A stretch of DNA of 63,237 nucleotides, filler included, from Octopus bimaculoides (taxonomy: Eukaryota): the NCBI RefSeq assembly GCF_001194135.2. It is 8 parts of 8 records of this genome, joined end to end, with 100 filler letters (N's around TTAATTAATTAA, not from the genome) between each part and the next. Parts side by side here need not be neighbours in the genome. Positions count along the whole stretch, not along the records: positions 1 to 12,642 come from NC_068997.1; 7 more parts are not named here. One strand, 5' to 3'. The notes under the pieces are model-generated. The model made no database searches. It worked only from the letters and a program-made list of their open reading frames with translations, and was not told the DNA's origin. The position numbers were made by a program, and so were the translations under genes. Below, piece after piece: positions 1 to 11,103 of the stretch. Each line of letters opens with the position of its first letter. The stretch's first letter is position 1.

Positions 1-24
1 TATATATATGTATGTATATGTATA

Positions 25-571
25 TTCTATTATTCTCGGTAGCATTTTCTAGTTTATGGTCATACCATTTCAATGTCCTTTCAAGACTAAGACCGTACTT
101 CTCACACAATTCTCCAATGAAAATTCTTAGCTACGTTCTCATGCCCCCTTTTATATTCCTTTGGAATGAATTGGCTACACTCACTCACAATATGTGAGAC
201 TGTTTCATTTTTGATGTCACACATCCTACAAAGGAGCGATTCAATGCTCTGATCCCCTCGGAACTTCGTGTAATTAGTTCTCAGAGCTTCTTCCTGAGCG
301 CTGCATATCAATGCCTCAATGCCTCCTTTCAGATCACTTTTCCTTAGCTACCTTCAGGTGTTGGCCTTGTGTTACTTTTCCATTTCTCTGAGGCATTACC
401 CACGCATTTCTTTCACTCTTCATTTGTTTTTTGTTTCTTAAATTCTTTTGGGTGTGTCACATTTTCACAAGGTATCGTGTTGCTATTTCTAACAACAACA
501 ACCAAAGGTTCAATCTGCTATTTGACATACCATCCTTGACTGCTTTTCTTATTGACAACAGAGATCTTGCA
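25..571 (-). mobile_element. Non-LTR retrotransposon fragment, RLE-type (R4/Dong-like), post-RT region with CCHC zinc knuckle
   Basis: ORF 102..311 AQEEALRTNY...CRMCDIKNETVSHIVSEC...EYKRGHENVAKNFHW has the C-X2-C..H-X4-C knuckle and downstream H..VA..HW motif; ARSLLSI segment upstream; frameshifted; 5' end abuts (ATC/ATT)n 572-640. Confidence 0.8.
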
Positions 572-640
572 TCTATCATCATCATCATCGTTATTATTAT
601 TATTATTATTATTATTATCATCATCATCATCATCATCATT
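572..640. repeat. (ATC)n/(ATT)n compound microsatellite
   Basis: Directly visible. Confidence 0.95.
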
Positions 641-929
641 ATATGGTCATTTTATAATGAAAAATATGAACATGGTAACAAAACTGCAGGACAAATAGTC
701 ATACTACGAAATGGAACTAAACGTTGAAATATATATATGAATGCGCGCGCGCGAACATACACACACACACACATGCACATACAACGCAATCACACACCTA
801 CTAACTTATACATACACACACATTTACACGTTCACACTTATATTATCGTATATAAACATACATATGTATATAAATGTATATAGATATATGTATATGTGTA
901 TGTGTGAATATATAATATATATACATATG

Positions 930-993
<64 letters not shown>

Positions 994-1204
994 CCTATTA
1001 TTCATATGTAATATGAACACATGTGTGTGTGTGTGTGTGTGTGTGCAACTAGACACTTATGTACCTCAGAAGGCTCATCTTAATTAGTCTAATCGAAACA
1101 TATTATTTTATATACAAACGTACGTGTATAGTCATGCCTTTATTGGTTTTGTTATGATGCCATAATAATTTAGACAATATTCCTATCTAATGTTTTCGCT
1201 AAAT

Positions 1205-1345
1205 TAGAACAGAAAGCGTATATCTAAAGAGGTACAAAGATCAGGAAGGCGATAGTGCGATAGCGACAGCAACACCAGCCGCCATATTGGAAGGAGGCGC
1301 TGGCTGGTTGCATAACAAGGTAGGCGGTCGCCGTTATATCACATA
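1205..1345. promoter_or_regulatory. CpG-rich patch with YY1-like motif; possible promoter or exon
   Basis: GCCGCCATATT near 1277-1287 (reverse AATATGGCGGC); CpG-rich against an AT-rich background; AAG|GTAGGC donor-like site at about 1320. Confidence 0.25.
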
Positions 1346-2751
1346 AATCAATCACGTAGGTGGTCAGAGAAGTATCGATTGACATCAAATTCTATCGAAT
1401 TCTCTGGAAATATCGATATACAATACGACACAAAGCAAAAACGAGACATTAAAAGAGGAAACGAGGTTTGGGGTAATTTTAAAAAAAAAGACAAAAAAGA
1501 ACTAAGCTGAATGGGAAAATATTTAGTAACGCATTTCTGATAAAATACACAAACGATGGGTCCCAAAAGAGGATCATAAGTAGAACACTGGAGCTTGGGT
1601 TGATGGTAGTGGTCACTTGTGTGCAAACTGGCGTTGTTTGACAAAGTTACGATAGCGTTAATGATCGCTGGGACTAATTTAGAACTGTGATAGAGGTGTG
1701 TAATTGATACGTTAGTGATGTGATGTTTTGACTGAGCAGACGACATTTTTGCGTCTTTGAACGTCGACAATAAATGGTAAATGCTCGTGGATCGATTTGT
1801 GTTTAATTCATGCTGCATCTTGTCGTCTGTGTGTATGCGATGCGATGTGTATGTGTATGTCTGTGTGTGTGCAGGTATGTGTAGTCTGACTGTATCTGTG
1901 AATATGTTTTCTCTCACAAATCTCCCCTCTCTCTCTCCCTCTCACTGTGTGTGTGCGTGTGTGTGTGTGCGTGCTTCGTAGTCCCTTTGAAGTTGTCGTT
2001 ATTACTGTTGTTATTATTGTTGTTGATGGGTTGTTTCCTCGTTGTTGTCTGTCTCCCTAGAAATCGTTCATTAAAACAGGCATCTCTCCATTCTTTCTTT
2101 CTTTCCTTCTTTCTTTTTCTTCTGTATTTATTTGTTTCTTTACTTTTTTCTTGCTTTCTCAGTCTTTGGCTCTGGGTCTCTCGTTGTTGCTTTTAAGGCA
2201 GACGACCGAACATTATTACTGTTGTTACAGCCATTGTTGTTGCTGTTGTTGATGACGCTCTTGTTGCTAAATATTACATAAGTTTAAAAAACGGGAGACA
2301 ACACTCGACATGTTTCGGCATTGTTTGACCTCTTCAGCAAAACAGATTTTTACTGCACTTGCCAAAGTAGTGATGAAAGCATCACTAAACATCTACACAA
2401 TATTGTAAAGCGTGGGCATGAAAAATTAGCATATTTTAAAAATATAATAAAATAATAAAATTCACGATTGATTGACAATATTACTATTAACAGTTCAGTG
2501 AGAAGTTATTTTTAAGCAAATAACGCTCGGAGCTACATTTTTCTTTCGCCATCAAATATTAGCTGTTTACTAGGCCAGAAAAAACTCTACGTTATTTAGT
2601 AACAGATAACGACCTCTGTTTGAGCGTTTGAGGTGAAAGGCGTGCTTTGTGTGTGTATGTGTGTGTGTTGTTTACAAGCATGTTGGTAGTATTGTATCAT
2701 TGTACGCATGTACGTATGTAGGTGTATATGTATTACGTATATATATATATA

Positions 2752-2938
2752 CAATTTCAACGTGGAAGGTGTTTATAAGCCATTTAAAACATTAAAAAAA
2801 AACGTTAGATTCAATTCAACATTGAAATTTGCTTTGCCAAAATATTTTCGTCGCTTTGAGACCGCGACCTGATCACCGACAAAATTCCGTGCTGCACCTC
2901 GTTTAAATTGCTTACAAACACCTTCCACACTGAAATTG
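2752..2938. mobile_element. MITE-like element with about 37-bp imperfect terminal inverted repeats
   Basis: CAATTTCAACGTGGAAGGTGTTTATAAGCCATTTAAA (2752-2788) versus reverse complement of 2902-2938, 4 mismatches; TA on the left flank, TT on the right. Confidence 0.6.
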
Positions 2939-2991
2939 TTTTTGTTTCAGCACACGATCTCAGATCCGATCACTTGCTATGCAAGTACATC

Positions 2992-3058
<67 letters not shown>

Positions 3059-3064
3059 GGGAGA

Positions 3065-3215
3065 ATTTACGAAAAAACAGCAGACGAAGACAGGTGATGT
3101 AAACAACAAATGGATGTATTAGTTTAACGCTCGGGAATAGAGAAAGTCTTTGACGTTTCGAGCTACGCTCTTCAACTGAAAGGAACACAGAAAGAAATAA
3201 GGAGAAAAACAAGGA
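3065..3215 (-). mobile_element. Penelope-like terminal-repeat fragment with degenerate minimal hammerhead motif
   Basis: Homologous to 8055-8172 in opposite orientation; minus strand CUUU-CAGUUGA-AGAGCGUAGCUC-GAAAC-GUC-AAAG. Confidence 0.5.
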
Positions 3216-3304
3216 GAAAAAAATATAAATGTAGTGGTCAGCGATCTATCATGGGTCCGGAATTCTTGTGGGGAAAAAATTTTCTGTGGTGGGAATATTT
3301 CAAT

Positions 3305-3555
3305 TGTGACAAGAAGAAAAAATAAACATTTTAAATGTTCGGAAACTATAAGGACTCCACAACCCATCGAACAGGTTCAAAGCATTATCGATGATGATCT
3401 CAGAAAATCAATGATGGCCATCATCAAAGAACTTCAGGTGTCGGAGTGAACAAACGGAATTGCGGTGCAGGAAAGCATTTGATATAAAACGTGTGTACTG
3501 AGGAGAGGTCAATTCACGTCTGCAAAGACTCAGGAAAACTGTTTGATCCGTGCAC
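3305..3555 (+). mobile_element. Tc1/mariner-superfamily (maT/DD37D-like) transposase N-terminal remnant
   Basis: SETIRTPQPIEQVQSIIDDDLRKSMMAIIKELQVSE followed by VLRRGQF-like and KTQENCLIRA segments; stops and frameshifts. Confidence 0.55.
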
Positions 3556-3701
3556 CCCAAGAGATTACGTGTATACATATATATGCATAGATATGTATAC
3601 GTGTGTGTCTATATATATATATAGATAGATATAGATATATATATATATATATATATATACGCACACACACATATAAATATATATATGTATATATGTGTAT
3701 G

Positions 3702-3705
<4 letters not shown>

Positions 3706-3775
<70 letters not shown>
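3706..3775. repeat. (GATA)n microsatellite
   Basis: Directly visible. Confidence 0.95.
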
Positions 3776-3776
<1 letters not shown>

Positions 3777-3843
3777 CAGCGACTGTATGTCGCTTAAAGA
3801 ATATATAGTATTTGCGAGTGGAGAGAGCTTTCGTCGCTAGCTT

Positions 3844-3902
3844 GTGATTTTCTCACACTGAGGACGGATAACCACCCAGAAACCTAACTCTGTGAGCATC
3901 AC
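3844..3902 (+). ncRNA. Degenerate type I hammerhead ribozyme
   Basis: Stem I CUCACA/UGUGAG (3852-57/3891-96) plus GUGAU/AUCAC; CUGAGGA 3858-64; weak stem II; GAAAC 3879-83; CUC triplet 3888-90; three helix mismatches. Confidence 0.55.
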
Positions 3903-4089
3903 GTAAGGCTAAAGATGGAAGCGATGACCTCACTTGCAAACACTATGCGGACACAAACTGTGTGTCGATAGCCAGCTGGAAAAGATGTTTTCCTGGGTTT
4001 AAAATAACAGTAACATCGTCCTTTATAGGGCTACCACATTCTGTTGGCATATATACTTTAGTATCCATTTTATTATTAGTACTCCCTCT

Positions 4090-4096
<7 letters not shown>

Positions 4097-4175
<79 letters not shown>
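4097..4175. repeat. (CT)n microsatellite
   Basis: Directly visible. Confidence 0.95.
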
Positions 4176-4179
<4 letters not shown>

Positions 4180-4299
4180 CAGAACCTCAAGTTGTGCTAA
4201 TCTAAAAAGTAAGGTATCACACCAAAAATAAGTAAAAAATCACCTTTATAGCATTAAGAATAACAATCCTGTTGCCATTTACTTGGTTTCGTTTGACGG

Positions 4300-4640
4300 A
4301 GAGGGAGGAGAAGACGACGAACGAGGCGGCGGAGGAGACAACGAACGAGGCGGCGGATGAGACGACGAAAGAGGCGGCGGAGGAGACGGCGACCGAGAAA
4401 GCGGGGGAGACAACGAACGAGGTGGCGGAGGAGGCGACGAACGAGGTGGTGGAGGAGACAACCAACGAGCCGGAGGAGACATCGAACGAACCGGAGGAGG
4501 AGATGGCGACCGAGGAAGCCGGGGAGACGACGAACTAGGCGGCGGAGGAAACGTCGAACGATGCAGCGGAGGAAACGAGGAACGAGGCGGTGGAGGAAAC
4601 GACGAGCCAGGCAGCGGAGGAGAAGGCGAACGAGAGGGTG
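4300..4640 (+). repeat. GC-rich minisatellite, about 24-bp unit GAGGCGGCGGAGGAGACGACGAAC (reads EAAEETTN)
   Basis: About 14 degenerate units; one frame open except TAG at 4536-4538. Confidence 0.85.
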
Positions 4641-5147
4641 ATAGAGGTGTTTATACAGGAATAAATAACAAATTCTATTCTATAAAACAAATCACAACCA
4701 ATTTGTTTTTTAATTAAAAAAAATCCCATAGAAGTCAAGATTTTGCAGGTTCCATGACAGGTTTTTTTTTTCATATTTCTATAAATTTTTAGTTTCAGCT
4801 TTAGTGTGAGTTCGTTTTTTATTAAAGATTAAATTGAATTTTTTTATTAAGAATTCTGTATAGAACGTACTTAAATATGTACACGCGTTCTTACATGCGT
4901 ACGTATGTACTTCGCTACATTTATTCATGTGTATGTGTGGTATTTGTACAGAGACACGCAAGTATGTGTACCCATCCACCCCACATGCACACACATACAT
5001 ACATGCATGCATGCATACATACGTACGTACAGACATACATTCATACATACTCGTACGCGCATACCTGTGTGTATGTGTCTGTGTGCAAATCTGTGTATGC
5101 ATATTTCTACATATCTTTATCTGTCTATGTGTGTGTGTGCATACATG

Positions 5148-5199
<52 letters not shown>

Positions 5200-5494
5200 N
5201 NNNNNNNNNNNNNNNNNNNNNNNNNNNNNNNNNNNNNNNNNNNNNNNNNNNNNNNNNNNNNNNNNNNNNNNNNNNNNNNNNNNNNNNNNNNNNNNNNNNN
5301 NNNNNNNNNNNNNNNNNNNNNNNNNNNNNNNNNNNNNNNNNNNNNNNNNNNNNNNNNNNNNNNNNNNNNNNNNNNNNNNNNNNNNNNNNNNNNNNNNNNN
5401 NNNNNNNNNNNNNNNACACACACGTACGTATACACACATATGTATGCACACACATACTCACACACATACGTAGAAACAGGTTTGTATTTAGAAG

Positions 5495-5800
5495 GAAGCG
5501 AAGAAGAAAAAGAACAACAACAACAACAAGAACAAGAAGAAGAAGAAGAAGAACAAGAACAAGAACAAGAACAAGGAGAAGAACAAGAACAACAACAACA
5601 ACAACAACAACAACAATAAAAAGAAGAAAGTAAAGAAGTAGAAGGTAAAGAACAAGAACAAGAAGAACAAAAAGAAGAAGAAAGTGAAGAAGTAGAAGAT
5701 AAAGAAGTAGAAGGTAAAGAAGTAGAAGGTAAAGAAGTAGAAGGTAAAGAAGAAGAAGTACAACAACAACAACAACAGCAACAATAACAACAACAACAAT
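5495..5800. repeat. (AAC)/(AAG) compound microsatellite with 15-bp AAAGAAGTAGAAGGT subunits
   Basis: Directly visible. Confidence 0.9.
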
Positions 5801-5904
5801 CCTGTTGTATCATTCTACTCTTTAAGAAGTTTTGTTTTCTTTTTTGTGAATGGTCGACTTCCAATAAAATCCACTTTAAAAGATATTTACTTGTGATAGC
5901 TACC

Positions 5905-6495
5905 ACATAATTAGATGACCTAACACCACCAATACTACTACCAATACCACCACCTCATCTACAACCACTACCAGTCCGATCACCCTTGCTACCACAGCCA
6001 CCACAACCATTACCACCCTACCACCACCACAACCGCCACCGCTACCACCACCACCATTACTATCATCACCATCACAACTACTACCACTACCACCGCCTCC
6101 ACTAGCAGTCTCTTCACTACTGTCACAACCACAACCACTACCACCCCTATCACCACCACGGAAGCCACCACCATCACAACCACCACTACCTCCACCGCTG
6201 CCACTACCGCCATCACCAACACCACTACTACGACTACCACCACTACTACCACCAACACTAGCAGTCCCATCACCACTGCCACAGCCACCACAACCACCAA
6301 CATCACCACTAGCACCACCATAACCACCACTACCTCTACCACTACCACCACTGTCATCACCAACACCACCACTACCACCACCATCATTACCATCATTATC
6401 ACCATCATCACTCCCACCACTATCACCACCTCTACTACCACCACTACTACCACTACCACCAAAATTCCCACCACCACTACAACTACCACCACCAC
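5905..6495. repeat. Cryptic (ACC/ACT/ATC)n low-complexity tract
   Basis: Directly visible; explains the poly-Gly and poly-Val ORFs. Confidence 0.9.
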
Positions 6496-6499
6496 TCAC

Positions 6500-6671
6500 A
6501 TTAGCCCGAGTGCCACAACATACAACACGATGGTATTTTGGGGTGGAATTCATTAATGCGTTGGATAAGTTTGGAAAAAGCGTCGCGAGTTCGATCTCCA
6601 CCGTCGTTATTTCTCGAATCACCCTATATCCATAACACAACCGTTGCCGGTGAGGGTCATTAATGGCATGT
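6500..6671 (-). CDS. Candidate internal exon, unknown protein (HAINDPHRQRLCYGYRVIRE...YHRVVCCGTRAN)
   Basis: Acceptor ctgtctctaatcag|, donor AAT|gtgagt; 172 bp; only one of three frames open; unique CpG-rich island between microsatellites; no family recognised. Confidence 0.3.
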
Positions 6672-6722
6672 CTGATTAGAGACAGATGTCGGTGCTGCAC
6701 TTGGTCACGGTCCACCTTGAAG

Positions 6723-6766
<44 letters not shown>

Positions 6767-7002
6767 GTGCGACGGAGTGATTCCAACCTGTGCCACCACT
6801 TTGACAGCAGTTGTTTTTATGGTTACTGGGTTAATCTCCATCCACCCCACCCTGCCCACCATGGACTGGGTTGTCTTGGTTAACCACGGATGACCTGATT
6901 TTTCGGGGGGNNNNNNNNNNNNNNNNNNNNNNNNNNNNNNNCGGGGGGGGGGGCTGTACGGTTATATGTTACTACGGGAAAGGGCCTGATTTCAGGGACA
7001 TA

Positions 7003-7012
7003 TCACCATCAC

Positions 7013-7077
<65 letters not shown>
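7003..7077. repeat. (TCA)n microsatellite
   Basis: Directly visible. Confidence 0.95.
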
Positions 7078-7078
<1 letters not shown>

Positions 7079-7275
7079 TATCAATAACACCATCACGGTG
7101 GTGGTGGTATTGTTTGTACGTATGTAAGTGTGCTAGTACTGATGGTTGTTGTGGCCATAGTAAGTCTTAGTGGTAGATGCGATAAGTGTCATTAGTAGTT
7201 GTAGTGGTGGTGGCGGTAGTAATAGCAGCAGTGGTAGTTAGGCGGTGTCGTTGACGGTTGTTATAGCAATGGTGA

Positions 7276-7276
<1 letters not shown>

Positions 7277-7337
<61 letters not shown>
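7277..7337. repeat. (GTA)n microsatellite
   Basis: Directly visible. Confidence 0.95.
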
Positions 7338-7338
<1 letters not shown>

Positions 7339-7467
7339 CGTTCTAATCAATGATGAAGTCTAAAGTTTATTGATACAACAATGATTTTCAATAAATTTTC
7401 TAACAATATTGTCTGGAAAAACACCTGTTTTATCTCTTGTACAAATCTGCATTATTTTCCATTAATC

Positions 7468-7498
<31 letters not shown>

Positions 7499-7499
7499 G

Positions 7500-7745
7500 A
7501 AGATCGTCCCGCCGCCTTCCTCTAATCGGGATGGAAAGGCTGTTTTTATATGCCTGGTGGCCATGGCGAAAGGGGTTGTATGGTGGACGAGATTGAAGGG
7601 GCTGAAAACAAACACTTTTCCCTTCGGCCAAACCCTGATAAACGTTTTCAAGTTTCACTTGAAAAGGAAAATAAGGGTAGAGAGGGAAGTGCTGCCTTCT
7701 GGCCAGTTTGCTGAAAGGTGGATGGAAGTGGCGAGAATGTATACA
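7500..7745 (+). mobile_element. Tx1/L1-like LINE, ORF2 C-terminal fragment
   Basis: AVFICLVAMAKGVVWWTRLKG...FKFHLKRKIRVERE...FAERWMEVARM matches the L1/Tx1 C-terminal K..IW..R pattern; starts directly after (TTA)n. Confidence 0.65.
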
Positions 7746-8054
7746 GATACAAAGCACCACACCACATCACGCCACCCAACACCACTCCGCACACACTAGC
7801 ACTGACCACTTCCCAGCACCCACACCATCATCCACACACCCACACATTACAGACGCACACACTTACACACGCACGCATTTACACGTCAAAGTCACCAGCA
7901 TCTATCCACACGCACACACTTACACATTTCCACCAACACACACGCACGCGCACCTTCGTTATCTCCTCTTCTCATTATCTCCTTATTATCTCCTCTTCTC
8001 CTTAGCTCTCCTGTCTAACTATCTTTGTCCAACCAGTCGCCATGATTGACAGCT

Positions 8055-8172
8055 AACTCCAAAAGTTTCTTTTTTTTTTATTCTCTTCGTTTATTTCATC
8101 GTGTTCCTTTCTGTTGAAGGGCGTAGACTCGAAACGTAAAAGACTTTCTCACTTTCCCGAGCGTTAAACTCG
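8055..8172 (+). mobile_element. Penelope-like terminal-repeat fragment with degenerate minimal hammerhead motif
   Basis: Second copy of the 3065-3215 family; CUUU-CUGUUGA-AGGGCGUAGACUC-GAAAC-GUA-AAAG at 8107-8142. Confidence 0.5.
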
Positions 8173-8229
8173 GCGTGGTATGGGGTGGCGTGATGTGGTG
8201 TGGGGTGGCGTGATGTGATGTGGTGGCAT

Positions 8230-8480
8230 TTAGAGACCACCACGGAGCGAGTATTGATAGTTGATTGGTTTCCTGACTAGTGGAACCTGTCCCTTCCATA
8301 GCAAACATAAAAGCACGTGTTCCAATCTGGTTAGACATTTCTCGAGACACGGTATGACGGCCAGGCAGCAGTACACCACAGAGGCAATGTAGGTGTTAGC
8401 AACTTCTGCTCTTCCTTTCAAGAACAACTTCCTGTTGACTCTTTTCTGAGTAAAAATGGCCACCCTGCTCGCAACTTCTC
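8230..8480 (-). mobile_element. Tx1/L1-like LINE, post-RT fragment
   Basis: RKLFLKGRAEVANTYIASVVY...LLCLLWKG...LRGGL matches the L1-clade LS..GR..L...F.W...GGL motif. Confidence 0.75.
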
Positions 8481-8645
8481 ACTTCTCATTAACCAACAAA
8501 GCCCCGAGCAACATAATAGGTCTCTCGGCTCAGTGACAGGTATCTTAGGTATGTTTTACCATAGCTCATTTTCCTGTGACGGATTTTTAGTATTGAGTAC
8601 ATCAAGATTAGGTACCTGGTATCAGGAATGTTGTTAGGTACTCAC

Positions 8646-8787
8646 ATTTCTCTACGAGTCGGGCAATGTCTATCTGTTCATTGAATAGAAGGATAGTAGT
8701 GGACGAGAAGAACGATGATCTCGGAGATAATGGACGCCGACGTAAGATAATTGGGCAATACATACCAAAGGCACCACATCTCAGAGT
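8646..8787 (-). other. Candidate exon with ambiguous frame
   Basis: Acceptor gttttctgtag|, donor AAT|gtgagt; 142 bp; phase-0 frame fully open, phase-1 frame has one TGA. Confidence 0.2.
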
Positions 8788-9431
8788 CTACAGAAAACTT
8801 CCAGAAATCCCTGTCTATATAGTGCTACCGGGGGGCATTGCCGGTTCGGGATAGGTTCTACAGGCACAAAAGTAGCGTCAGTAGGGGCTTTCCGAGATGC
8901 GGGTAAAGCGATAAAATCGTTCCGCAGGAACTCATCCAGCATGTGAACATTGCTGATCTGTGGAGTAACATAGGACCACTGATACCCCGTGTAGAACGGA
9001 CCTGGCTATCAGCTGAATCCATCGTCAGGAGCAACTTCCTTTGGCTAGGAAGTCAGATAGCCTTCCTCTTCCTAGTGGCCAAAATGTAAGTGAATGTGTA
9101 GTGAAGAAGATTAAAAGGACTGACAACATACATTTTCTACTTCGGCAAACCTCTCAAGAACTTTTGCAAGTAGCGCTCGGAGATTTAGAGAATGTGGAGT
9201 GGAGTGTTCTGAAAGATGAGTGAAACTAACTTGTATAACCCGTGTAAACGAGTCTACTTTGAGCGTGCGCATGTGGGCAGGAGAACACCTGATTTTCCCC
9301 AGGTGCCTGTATCCCCAATAGCATGTTTTTCATCATATATATTCATATTGTTATTCGTGAAACCATATTACTCTAATAGAGTCGTTAGAGCTTCGGGCAA
9401 AAATGACTGTCCATGAGCCAAAATTTGAAAC

Positions 9432-9434
<3 letters not shown>

Positions 9435-9528
<94 letters not shown>

Positions 9529-9529
9529 T
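9435..9529. repeat. (TTA)n microsatellite
   Basis: Directly visible. Confidence 0.95.
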
Positions 9530-9743
9530 AAGGTGGCGATCTGGCAGAATCGTTGGCATGCCAGGCGAAATGTTTAATGGTATTTCGTCTGTCTTCATGT
9601 TCTGAGTTCAAATTCTGCTGAGGTCGACTTTGCCATTCATCCTTCTGGGGTCGATAAATTAAGTACCAGCGAAACACTGGAGTCGATGTAATCGTCTAGT
9701 CCCCTCCCACCAAATATGAGGACCTGTGCCTCCAGTAGAAAAG
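9530..9743 (+). mobile_element. tRNA-derived SINE family A
   Basis: Head with box-B-like GAGTTCAAATTC; conserved core GTCGACTTTGCC(T)TTCATCC..GGGGTCGATAAA; many copies in the window; embedded in (TTA)n. Confidence 0.85.
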
Positions 9744-9785
<42 letters not shown>

Positions 9786-9914
9786 GTTCAGTAGTTTTAT
9801 TTTTATAACGTGCTTTCACTTCACTACCGAGCGCAGCTCTGTGTGCCTTGGGTATGTGCTGTGGTTTTCTGTGATGCTCTTATTTTTATGGTATTGAAAG
9901 TGTTTTGCGTATTA

Positions 9915-10050
9915 TTATTATTATACTGGTCGACTTCGCATGTCATCATTTCGGAGTCGATAAAATAATTACCAGTTTAACACTGGGGTCAATGTAATCG
10001 ACATGCCCCCACCACCTGAAATTGCTGGCCTTGTGCCAAAATTTTAAATC
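9915..10050 (+). mobile_element. SINE family A, 5'-truncated
   Basis: Core homology to 9530-9743. Confidence 0.7.
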
Positions 10051-10515
10051 ATCATTATTATTATTATTATTATTGTTACTGTTCTTGTTGTTGTATTTAC
10101 TTATTTATTCGCAAAATCATTCAGATTTGAAGTAAAGATAAATTTCAACAATATTTAAAGAACAATTATAGTAAATCATTATTCCAATTGTAAAAAAAAA
10201 AAAAAAAAAATGAAATATAACGTCTTTCACCCTTTAATCAATAATAACATCCATACTAATAATAACCAATCATGACAAATTATTGTTCAGATTGTTTTGA
10301 CGACTAAATATTAAAAATAACAGAAAATAAACAGCAATGATGACGTCATCGACAACGAAAACCGACACAAACAACAATGGACACATAAGTCGCTTAGTGG
10401 AAAAGAAACCAAAACAATTAAACAATCACAAATTCTCGTAAAACAACGAGTACTATATATGTGTGTGTGTGTGTGTGTGTACATACACACACACACACAC
10501 AGATANNNNNNNNNN

Positions 10516-10704
10516 GGCTGTGTGGTAAGAAACTTGCTTCCCAACCACATGGTTTCGGGTTCAGTCCCACAGCGTGGCACCTTAGCCAAGTATCTTCTGC
10601 TATAGCTGAGTGGATTTGGTAGACGGAAACTGAAAGAAGCCCGACGTATATATATGTGTTTACGTCCCCGTAACTTAGCGTTTCGGCAAAAGAGACTGCG
10701 TGGT
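10516..10704 (+). mobile_element. tRNA-derived SINE family B (CORE-like CCTTGGGCAAGT segment), partial
   Basis: Head GGCTGTGTGGTAAG..GGGTTCAGTCCCAC; homologous to 60595-61012. Confidence 0.8.
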
Positions 10705-11057
10705 TNNNNNNNNNNNNNNNNNNNNNNNNNNNNNNNNNNNNNNNNNNNNNNNNNNNNNNNNNNNNNNNNNNNNNNNNNNNNNNNNNNNNNNNNNNNNNNN
10801 NNNNNNNNNNNNNNNNNNNNNNNNNNNNNNNNNNNNNNNNNNNNNNNNNNNNNNNNNNNNNNNNNNNNNNNNNNNNNNNNNNNNNNNNNNNNNNNNNNNN
10901 NNNNNNNNNNNNNNNNNNNNNNNNNNNNNNNNNNNNNNNNNNNNNNNNNNNNNNNNNNNNNNNNNNNNNNNNNNNNNNNNNNNNNNNNNNNNNNNNNNNN
11001 NNNNNNNNNNNNNNNNNNNNNNNNNNNNNNNNNNNNNNNNNNNNNNNNNNNNNNNNN

Positions 11058-11103
<46 letters not shown>

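Noticed and set aside
1348-1917. 189-aa minus-strand ORF
   Set aside because: Begins in a microsatellite; no recognisable domain or coding-like composition.
4779-6862. Long ORFs (375, 320, 242 and 230 aa)
   Set aside because: Products of microsatellites and N gaps; only 6500-6671 was kept as a weak exon candidate.
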